Below are positions 1 to 7,438 of a stretch of DNA of 30,765 bases, piece by piece. The stretch lies in the NCBI GenBank assembly GCA_045047305.1, contig JASFYO010000049.1:1-30765 (forward strand). Direction: 5' to 3'. The DNA comes from Planctomycetota bacterium. GTDB lineage: Bacteria; Planctomycetota; UBA1135. Numbering within the stretch: position 1 is the first letter of the stretch; every line of letters starts with the position of its first letter. Under the pieces are notes generated by a model. The model did no database searches. It saw only the letters and a program-made list of their open reading frames with translations, and was not told where the DNA came from. Both the position numbers and the translations under genes were made by a program.

Positions 1-615
1 GACCGCCCCTTGGTGGTTGCCGATATGCCTTTTGGCACTTACCACGTATCGGTCGAAGAGACCATCGTGAATGCCTTACGCCTGGTGCGTGAAGGCGGTG
101 CACAAGCAGTCAAGCTCGAAGGCGGTGTTGCACGTGCGCATTTAGTGCAGGCTTTGGTCGAAGCCGATATCCCAGTCATGGGACATGTGGGTTTACTCCC
201 CCAAGCTGTGAATGTGCGCGGTGGATTTCGCGTGCAAGGAAAGACTGCGGATAGTGCGCGTAGGCTTTTGGAAGATGCGCTTGCCCTGCAAGACGCCGGT
301 GCTTTTGCGGTGGTACTAGAAGGCGTGCCGAGTGCAGTAGCGGCTCGGATTACCGAAAGGTTGACGATCCCCACCATCGGCATTGGCGCAGGCGGCGGAT
401 GCGATGGCCAGATTTTGGTCTTCCACGATGTGGTGGGACTCTCGATGGGACCGGCACCCAAATTCGTGAAGCGCTACGCCAATGTTGCAGAAGTCATGCG
501 TCAGGCACTGAAAGGCCTAATCTCGGACATTCGCGACGGCAGTTTCCCCACCGAGGAGCACTCTTACGAAGCGACGTCGGAGTTGCCCGAGGACTGGGAT
601 TCTGAGGTGGAATAG
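1..615 (+). CDS. panB: 3-methyl-2-oxobutanoate hydroxymethyltransferase (5' end outside window)
   Basis: PanB motifs VVADMPFGTY, AVKLEGG, IPVMGHVGLLPQ, GGFRVQGK, IPTIGIGAG, DGQILVFHD, PKFVKRY; frame open from base 1. Confidence 0.97.
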   Translation, partial: DRPLVVADMPFGTYHVSVEETIVNALRLVREGGAQAVKLEGGVARAHLVQALVEADIPVMGHVGLLPQAVNVRGGFRVQGKTADSARRLLEDALALQDAGAFAVVLEGVPSAVAARITERLTIPTIGIGAGGGCDGQILVFHDVVGLSMGPAPKFVKRYANVAEVMRQALKGLISDIRDGSFPTEEHSYEATSELPEDWDSEVE

Positions 616-640
616 CGCTGGCGAAGACGAGTATTCTCGC

Positions 641-2578
641 CTAAAACTCTTTCTCGATGGTCACCAGCTTTCCGTCTAGGAAGTGGGCCGCTAGGAGAAT
701 GTCTGGAGCAATGCGCACCGTTTCGCCAAGGCCATGGAGGCCTTTGAGTTTGGCGTGAGTGCTGCGCAGTCCTCCGAGCCACCAACGCTTATCGCAGACG
801 TAAACCAAATCGCCTTCATCGGCGGCCAAATGGTGCATGCCTTCTTGATCGACCTGCACGGTTCCAGGCGCCAGGGAGTCATCGACCTCCCAGGTCATCG
901 GCAATTTGAAACCCTTCCTATCGTTGGGCTCCCCGCCTTTAAAGTAACGGCGTGCATCCTTGATGGTCCAAATGGTGAGGCCCTCAAGCCCCTCGCGTTT
1001 GGGCTGCGTAAACAGGCTTACCAAGATGCCTACGCCGAAACAGACAATCAAGTTGTACAGCGCACCGATATAAAGGAATGGGCGCGAACCATCCTCCGGC
1101 AGCGGGATGCCCTGAGCCAACGGGCCGATCAATTGCACCGGATAGATGTTACCAAGCACGATGAGTCCAACCCCTGCCACGAAAATGGAAATGGCACCGG
1201 CGGAAGTGAAACGTCGCCAGAAGATGCCGAGGAATATGCAGGCCACCAAAGGCGGTGAAATCGTACTTTGGAACGCCGCGTGTGCGGTGTAGAGGTCGTC
1301 GAAGCGAGAGAATCCCCATGCTGCGCTCACACCAAGCACCGTACCCAAAGCGGATACGAACATAGCCACGCGCAGGTAGTGCTTATCGTCTTTTTCGATT
1401 TTGAGCAGATTTAGAATCGGGCGGTAGACATCGTTAATGGCAATCGCCGCCGAAGCGTTGATATAGGTGTCTACCGAGCTCATCAGTGCAGCGGTGACTG
1501 CAGCAATGAAGAAACCAAAGCCTGCGGTGGAGTTCAGGACCTCTACAACCAACACAAACACGTTGTCGGGCGCGACATCCGAAGGCAGCACGCCGGGGTC
1601 GGTGAGGATCATGCCTTTGCCAATCCAGCCAGCGCAACAAACCGCAATCGCGGAAATCGGAAGTGCAAAAAGCACATTGAAGGTGGCGGCTTTACGTCCG
1701 TGGTCGACCGAGCGACATGCCATGAAGCGCATGATCAGCGCTTGGCTCATGAACAAGAAGGCGATGGAACCGGCAATCGCATCTTGCCAGAACACGCCGA
1801 TAAAGTTGAAACTTGGGTCGTCGTTGAAGTTGGCTAAGGGTAGCTTGAACTCCGCTGGGAGAATGCTCCAGAAGGCGTCGAAACCGCCAAACCACTGCAA
1901 TCCGAGCATGAACAGAATCACTCCAGCCAAGAGCAAAATGAAACCTTGCAACAAGTCAGTGAAAATCACCGCGGTTTGTCCGCCAAAGGTGATGTAGATG
2001 CCTGCAACGACTGCAACCACCCAAATGATTTCCATGAGTGACCACCCCAATGCCCCACCAACAATCGGTTCTAAGGTACGTGCCATGGTTAAAAAACCGA
2101 TGCCCACATAACCGATCATATAAACCAACTGCACAATGGTGGCAAGCACGCGTACGGTTGGATTGAAGCGACGCTCGAAATACTCCGGGATCGACTTCAC
2201 CTTCATGTAATACACGATGGGTAACCACCCAAAAATGAAGAGTGGCATGAAAAACCAATCGTTCATGTAAGCCATCGAGCCGGAAAATCCATGCTCGAAG
2301 CTCTTGCCGCTGTACTTAATGAAACTGTGGCTGCCTACTCCCGTGGCCACGATCGACATGGTGATAAGCCACCAGGAGAATCGTCGGCCGCCGAAGAAGA
2401 AATCGCTGGTGCTGCGATTGAAACGTGCAAAGTAGGAGCCGAAGCCCAACACGATGACGAAGTAACCAATCAGAATGCCCCAGAAAACAGGCGAAGAGGC
2501 GGCGGCGGCGGCGGCTTCGGCAGCCATCGCCGTAGAGTCACCGGTCACATGCTGTTGCAGCAAAGAAAGCAGGAACAT
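641..2578 (-). CDS. sodium:solute symporter (SSS) family transporter with C-terminal soluble beta-barrel-like extension
   Basis: Many hydrophobic segments; SSS signatures DFFFGGRRFSWW, SIPEYFERRF, YITFGGQTAVIFTDLLQ, AALMSSVDTYIN, LGIFWRR; hydrophilic C-terminal tail of ~100 aa. Confidence 0.93.
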   Translation of the reverse strand: MFLLSLLQQHVTGDSTAMAAEAAAAAASSPVFWGILIGYFVIVLGFGSYFARFNRSTSDFFFGGRRFSWWLITMSIVATGVGSHSFIKYSGKSFEHGFSGSMAYMNDWFFMPLFIFGWLPIVYYMKVKSIPEYFERRFNPTVRVLATIVQLVYMIGYVGIGFLTMARTLEPIVGGALGWSLMEIIWVVAVVAGIYITFGGQTAVIFTDLLQGFILLLAGVILFMLGLQWFGGFDAFWSILPAEFKLPLANFNDDPSFNFIGVFWQDAIAGSIAFLFMSQALIMRFMACRSVDHGRKAATFNVLFALPISAIAVCCAGWIGKGMILTDPGVLPSDVAPDNVFVLVVEVLNSTAGFGFFIAAVTAALMSSVDTYINASAAIAINDVYRPILNLLKIEKDDKHYLRVAMFVSALGTVLGVSAAWGFSRFDDLYTAHAAFQSTISPPLVACIFLGIFWRRFTSAGAISIFVAGVGLIVLGNIYPVQLIGPLAQGIPLPEDGSRPFLYIGALYNLIVCFGVGILVSLFTQPKREGLEGLTIWTIKDARRYFKGGEPNDRKGFKLPMTWEVDDSLAPGTVQVDQEGMHHLAADEGDLVYVCDKRWWLGGLRSTHAKLKGLHGLGETVRIAPDILLAAHFLDGKLVTIEKEF

Positions 2579-2584
2579 GATGGC

Positions 2585-2806
2585 TTAGAGATGGGTCGCA
2601 GCGAGAATTCCGGCGGCGTGTAAGCCTGCGTACCAGAAGTATCCAAAAAGAAGCACACCAAGCCAGCGGCGGTGCTCAGCGCGCTTGGGGTTGAAGGCGC
2701 CACTTTTATAGGCAAGGAACAATCCACTGAAAAAACACAGGCCACCTACCCCGTATAGGTAGATGTACGGCATCCAAACACGTTCGAAGGTCAGGGGGTC
2801 CGCCAT
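2585..2806 (-). CDS. small two-TM membrane protein, probable SSS partner
   Basis: 73 aa, two hydrophobic stretches separated by a basic loop (KRAEHRR); ends 6 nt upstream of the SSS start on the same strand. Confidence 0.8.
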   Translation of the reverse strand: MADPLTFERVWMPYIYLYGVGGLCFFSGLFLAYKSGAFNPKRAEHRRWLGVLLFGYFWYAGLHAAGILAATHL

Positions 2807-2898
2807 GGAGCGCTCATGATATCGGTTCCCCCTGCCGTGTGTCCTTGTTCCAAAGCATGGCTCGGCCTAGTATTAAAAGTGGTCGCTTGCGCAATCAC

Positions 2899-4779
2899 AT
2901 GAATACTACGCCTAAAACACGCATTCCCCTCCGCCAAGCTCTCGGGCAAGAAGTTCTGCTTCTCGACGGCGCCATGGGGACGGAATTGCACCAACGCGGG
3001 CTGCCCTTTCATGGCAACTTTGAAACCGCCAACCTCGAACACCCACAATGGGTACAGGAAATCCACCAGTCCTTCTTGGATGCGGGCTCGGATGCCATCC
3101 TGACCAATACCTTTGGTGCCAACCGCTATCGCTTGGCCAAGCATCAGCTGGAAAACAAGCTGCAGGAATTGCTCGAAGCCGGCGGACGATTAGCACGCGA
3201 AACCGCTGGTGAACATGCTTATGTGATTGGATCACTGGGCCCACTTGGTGTGGAGCTGGAACCGCTCGGCCGGCTTTCACGGGAAGAGGCACAAGCCGCC
3301 TTTGCCGAATCTGCCAAATATTTGCTCCCCTTTGTCGACGGCTTCTCCTTAGAGACCTTCGACAATGTTGCGGAGCTGGAATGCGCAATTCAAGGGCTCA
3401 AGCAAGTCACCGACCTTCCCATCTTTGCCTTTCTAACCGTAGGTGACAACGGGCGCACCTTCCACGGCACCACCGCTTTGGAGTGCGCCAAACGCGCCGA
3501 ATCTGCAGGCGCCGACCTAGTGGGCTTCAACTGCAGCAGCGGACCGCGCGTGGTTCTGGATGCGGTGCTAGAAGCTTCCCAAGGCGAAATTCAAATTCCA
3601 TTCGCCGCCAAACCTAACGCCGGTATGCCGCGCGAGGTCGACGGCAGGGTTTTCTACGAAAACGATCCAGACTACTTCGCACGTTTTGCGCGGCGCTTCC
3701 TGCAGGCCGGTGGCATGGTACTCGGCGGATGCTGCGGAACCACCCCTGACCACATTCGTGCACTTGCGCGTGCTGCACGTGCGGGATCCGCTCAATTGCG
3801 TCGCGCAACCAAGCAACCGAGTGTGCGCGAAGGCGCAGAAGTGCAAGCGCCAGATCCGGGCATGGAATTAGTGCCGTTAGCCGAGCGTTCCCGCTTCGCC
3901 GCCGGCCTCGCGCGTGGACGTACGGTGGTTTCGGTGGAACTCGTGCCGCCTCGTACCCCCGATATGAGCCAATTGCTCCAAGCCGCGCGCACTTTAGACC
4001 GCCACGGTGTCGATGCCGTGAACTTGCCCGATGGACCACGGGCGTCCGCGCGTTTGTCCAACATCGCATGTGCTGCCATCTTGTCGCGTGAAACCAATAT
4101 TGAGCCACTGCTGCACTTTTGCTGCCGCGACCGCAACCTGCTAGGCATGCAATCCGATTTACTCGGTGCTGCAGCACTTGGCCTGCACAACATTTTGGCC
4201 ATCACAGGAGACCCACCCTATCAGGGGGATTATCCAGATTTGACGGCGGTGTTCGATGTCGACTCGATTGGCCTCACCAACATGATCAGCATGCTCAATC
4301 GCGGCCTCGATTTAGGCGGTAACGCGTTGAACCAACAAACTACTTTCTGTTGTGGCGGAGCACTCAACCATACCGCATTGGATTTGGATCGAGAACTGGA
4401 ACGCCTGTTGTGGAAGATCGATGCCGGCGCCGATTACTTTATCACCCAGCCGGTGTTCGATGCCGACACGCTGCTTGCACTCATCGAGCGCTTGCCCGCT
4501 CACACTCCGCCCATCCTTGCCGGAATCTGGCCGTTGCGCAGTCGTCGCAATGCCGAGTTTTTGCACTCGGAAGTGCCAGGCGTTCATTTGCCGGAGAAGG
4601 TTTTGCAACGCATGGCCGCGGCGGAAGACCGCGAGCAAAGCGCAGAAGTGGGCATTGAAATCGCACAAGAAATCGTTGCGGCTTTGCATGGCAAAGTGGC
4701 TGGATTCCAGGTTGCGGCCCCGTTTAACCGTATTGAGCCCGCCTTGCAGGTAGTCGCATCTATCCGCGAAGGTGGTTAA
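2899..4779 (+). CDS. yitJ: bifunctional homocysteine S-methyltransferase / 5,10-methylenetetrahydrofolate reductase (YitJ-type)
   Basis: N-domain LLDGAMGTEL, TNTFGAN, Zn ligands GFNC and GGCCG; C-domain VSVELVPP, LHFCCRDRN, LAITGDPP, GADYFITQPVFD. ATG 2899 preferred over GTG 2839. Confidence 0.92.
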   Translation: MNTTPKTRIPLRQALGQEVLLLDGAMGTELHQRGLPFHGNFETANLEHPQWVQEIHQSFLDAGSDAILTNTFGANRYRLAKHQLENKLQELLEAGGRLARETAGEHAYVIGSLGPLGVELEPLGRLSREEAQAAFAESAKYLLPFVDGFSLETFDNVAELECAIQGLKQVTDLPIFAFLTVGDNGRTFHGTTALECAKRAESAGADLVGFNCSSGPRVVLDAVLEASQGEIQIPFAAKPNAGMPREVDGRVFYENDPDYFARFARRFLQAGGMVLGGCCGTTPDHIRALARAARAGSAQLRRATKQPSVREGAEVQAPDPGMELVPLAERSRFAAGLARGRTVVSVELVPPRTPDMSQLLQAARTLDRHGVDAVNLPDGPRASARLSNIACAAILSRETNIEPLLHFCCRDRNLLGMQSDLLGAAALGLHNILAITGDPPYQGDYPDLTAVFDVDSIGLTNMISMLNRGLDLGGNALNQQTTFCCGGALNHTALDLDRELERLLWKIDAGADYFITQPVFDADTLLALIERLPAHTPPILAGIWPLRSRRNAEFLHSEVPGVHLPEKVLQRMAAAEDREQSAEVGIEIAQEIVAALHGKVAGFQVAAPFNRIEPALQVVASIREGG

Positions 4780-5662
4780 CGATGCGTGGCAGTGCGGTCA
4801 CGTGCGGCACTAAGTAATCGACATGACCCGGGGCGGAGGAAACCGAATCCTTCACCCATTGCGGGGTGTGCGCCAAGTCCATAATCCCCACCCCTTGCGG
4901 TGCTGCTGGGTTGCCGTCGACACGCATGGCTAAAGGCTCAGACAAATCTAGAGATAGGACATCGCCGACCACCAGATTGGGTGATTCGCGTTCTAGGATC
5001 GCACGGTACTGCGGGCGGTTGACATGCACCTTGCGTCCGCTGAAATCCATGCTGCGATGCTCCTTACCGAGGAACTGCTTGCCGCAACGTCCATAGACTC
5101 GCAAGGGTGAAGAACCGGGTTCGGTTTCGCGGCCGTCATCGACTCCAAAACCATGATGCGAAAACCAATCGACGACTTTGCCGCTGGGCGCATTGGTAGC
5201 GAAGACCACGTTGACATCGTTCTCTAACAGCCAATGCAAAACGCGTTCGGCGCCTTCGGTTAAATCGTGGTCAACCTCCACGCGGAAGCGGTCGCAGGTG
5301 CTGTGATAGCAATGGTCTAAAAACTCCAGCACCGTGCCGTATTCTTGCAGCACTAAGGCGCGAAATGCAGAAGAAGAATCGCACGCAGCCTGATCGATGT
5401 ACTGCCCGATCGCGGTCGGCACGGCAAAGTAATCCTCATCTACATAAGAGCTAAAACGCTCATCCAACTGCCAGCCATGGTGTTCTGGATTCGCTAGCAC
5501 CGCGCTGCGAAAATGCTGGTAGGCGGGCTCCATTTCTTCCATGCTGTGCCCCACCATGCGTGCAAGTTCACCGCGCACCGTCTTGTGTACCGCCTGGAGT
5601 TCACGCCACGGGTTGGTCCACACGCCATCGAAGTCGGTTAAAAAAGTAAAGGGGCTCGCCAT
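4760..5662 (-). CDS. HAD-superfamily hydrolase (phosphatase-like), substrate unknown
   Basis: Motif I TDFDGVW, motif II FATN, Lys in GKQF, motif IV VVGDVLSLD; overlaps the convergent yitJ 3' end by 20 nt. Confidence 0.8.
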   Translation of the reverse strand: MASPFTFLTDFDGVWTNPWRELQAVHKTVRGELARMVGHSMEEMEPAYQHFRSAVLANPEHHGWQLDERFSSYVDEDYFAVPTAIGQYIDQAACDSSSAFRALVLQEYGTVLEFLDHCYHSTCDRFRVEVDHDLTEGAERVLHWLLENDVNVVFATNAPSGKVVDWFSHHGFGVDDGRETEPGSSPLRVYGRCGKQFLGKEHRSMDFSGRKVHVNRPQYRAILERESPNLVVGDVLSLDLSEPLAMRVDGNPAAPQGVGIMDLAHTPQWVKDSVSSAPGHVDYLVPHVTALPRIVNHLRG

Positions 5663-5671
5663 GAGCCCCTT
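5640..5671 (-). terminator. intrinsic-terminator-like hairpin downstream of the FG-GAP gene, overlapping the HAD start codon
   Basis: Minus strand AAGGGGCTC-ATGGC-GAGCCCCTT (perfect 9-bp stem) followed by TACTTTTTT; begins ~26 nt after the FG-GAP stop. Confidence 0.65.
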
Positions 5672-5680
5672 AGTTTAGCA
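5672..5680 (-). promoter_or_regulatory. putative extended -10 element for the HAD gene
   Basis: Minus strand TGcTAAACT, 9 nt upstream of ATG 5662. Confidence 0.45.
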
Positions 5681-5697
5681 GCGGAGGCGGCGTTGAC

Positions 5698-7380
5698 TTA
5701 AGGCACCACCACAATGGGCACAGCTACAGAGCTCAGGCTTGCTTGGGTGCCGGAGTAGCTTATGGCTGCAAAGTAGAGCGTAGTGCCGATTAAGTTGGTG
5801 AGTTGGCCAGCTGGTACACGGACGCGGACTTGATGATCGCCTTCGGAGTTCAAACTGCCGCGGAAGTTTGGCGGCGGGCTTTGCAGAGATCTTTGAAAGA
5901 AAGGATCGAAGGTCAGAGGCACATCGATGCCGCCAAGCGGAGTGGAAGAATTGCCGGTGGACGATGCGAGAATGCCGAAGGATTTTCCAGCTTCACTAAC
6001 GGGGAAATCCACTTGGAAGCGCAACTCACTTGGCGCCGAAGCGGAGAGACTTAGGCTGCCTCGGTTACGGAGGAAGGGGTCGAGAGTCAGGGCGACGACG
6101 CGGCCTGGGAAGCTGAAGCCGTACAGAGGTTCCCCAATCAGCAACTCCGGTATGCCATCGCCAGTGCGGTCGAAAGCCCCCATGCTGATTCCGAAGCCTG
6201 TGTATTGGCTCTCCCCCTTAAACTCCCAGAGAATGGAGCCATCACGGCCATTGAGCACGAGGACGCGGGGCTCATCGAGTTGCGCGAGGGTGGGTTGGTA
6301 AACCAGGAGATCTTTATATCCGTCTTGGTTTAGGTCATCCACCGCCATGACATCTTCGCCAAAAGAGCCATGCCCCACGGTGCCGTCGGTCCTCCACAGA
6401 GGCAGTCCTGTGGCGCTAGAAAGCATAGTTACATAACCGGCCCCTTGCTTGTTTGGAGTGTCGAAATAGCGTGCCCCCACAATAATCTCATCAATGGAAT
6501 CTCCATCCAAATCTGGGAGGGTGGTAAGTGCATCACCATAGCCTTGGAGGGGCTCCATGGTGGCTGGAGGGTAGCTGCGAAGGATCACTCCACTCGGTTG
6601 GCTAAGCGTATACACCATGCCTGCATCGAGAACACCATTCACATTTTCCCGAGTGGAGGTAAGAATATCGCGCTGACCGATACCACTCGTATCAGGGCCA
6701 AATGTAAGTGTTCGGCCAAAAAAATCAGACTCATTTCGTCCGTAACTCTGCCAAAGGAGGAAACCCGTGGCGCCTGACCAACAGTCAATTCGTCCGACAG
6801 ATCGATCTCCCGCTGGGTTTTCACTCTTGTGAGAGGAGATAAGATAATCCCCAAATCCGTCTCCATCCAAATCTTGAAGCCCAAGCAGGGCGGCCCCCAA
6901 GCCCTCACCAGCGCCTTGGACAGTCCCGACCACCCCAAAGTGCTCCCGGATCAAAGAACCGTCCAGCCCACTAAGGACTACCACTTTTCCTTTAACGCCA
7001 TCAAAGCCCAAGTTGCCAGCCAACAAGTCGGCGACTCCATCACCGTTTAGATCAGAAACGAAAGAGAGGGAACCGCTGGTCACTGGGTAAGAATCTGGTA
7101 TTAGCGGTTCGTATTCCCAAAGGATGGTGCCCGTTTTCCCAGAGTAAAGTTGCAACAAGCCTACCTGTTGGCCAAAAGCATTAAGATGTCCGTGACTGCC
7201 TACTGCAAACTCTGGAATACCGTCCCCATCAAGATCCGGGCCGACTTCGAGAGTGCCACCAATGGCATCGGTAGCCATAAGGGCCCCTTCCACTTGTCCA
7301 AGGGAATCCCAGTCTCCCCCCACGGTTTGCAAAGCCGCAGGGGAAGCAAGAACTAGACTGGCTAATATGGTGATTATCAT
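5698..7380 (-). CDS. secreted FG-GAP / integrin-alpha-like seven-bladed beta-propeller protein with C-terminal beta domain
   Basis: Signal peptide MIITILASLVLASPAA; seven DxD/NxDG-like repeats (DLDGDGIPE, DLNGDGVAD, DLDGDGFGD, DTSGIGQRD, DLDGDSIDE, DLNQDGYKD, DRTGDGIPE); AGGAG SD at 7388-7392. Confidence 0.9.
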   Translation of the reverse strand: MIITILASLVLASPAALQTVGGDWDSLGQVEGALMATDAIGGTLEVGPDLDGDGIPEFAVGSHGHLNAFGQQVGLLQLYSGKTGTILWEYEPLIPDSYPVTSGSLSFVSDLNGDGVADLLAGNLGFDGVKGKVVVLSGLDGSLIREHFGVVGTVQGAGEGLGAALLGLQDLDGDGFGDYLISSHKSENPAGDRSVGRIDCWSGATGFLLWQSYGRNESDFFGRTLTFGPDTSGIGQRDILTSTRENVNGVLDAGMVYTLSQPSGVILRSYPPATMEPLQGYGDALTTLPDLDGDSIDEIIVGARYFDTPNKQGAGYVTMLSSATGLPLWRTDGTVGHGSFGEDVMAVDDLNQDGYKDLLVYQPTLAQLDEPRVLVLNGRDGSILWEFKGESQYTGFGISMGAFDRTGDGIPELLIGEPLYGFSFPGRVVALTLDPFLRNRGSLSLSASAPSELRFQVDFPVSEAGKSFGILASSTGNSSTPLGGIDVPLTFDPFFQRSLQSPPPNFRGSLNSEGDHQVRVRVPAGQLTNLIGTTLYFAAISYSGTQASLSSVAVPIVVVP

Positions 7381-7387
7381 GATTTAT

Positions 7388-7407
7388 CTCCTGTTTGAAC
7401 TTTATCA
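7388..7407 (-). promoter_or_regulatory. putative extended -10 (TGaTAAAGT) and Shine-Dalgarno (AGGAG) of the FG-GAP gene
   Basis: Minus strand TGATAAAGTTCAAACAGGAGATAAATC-ATG. Confidence 0.45.
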
Positions 7408-7438
7408 CAAGGCTTGATTTGGCTACTTAGAAACATGG

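Noticed and set aside
2498..2515. (GGC)6 simple repeat as a phase-variation tract
   Set aside because: Trinucleotide unit encoding Ala6 in the SSS N-terminus; slippage would not shift the frame.
2807..2898. SAM riboswitch upstream of yitJ
   Set aside because: Only 92 nt shared with a divergent gene, and I could not find SAM-I core elements.
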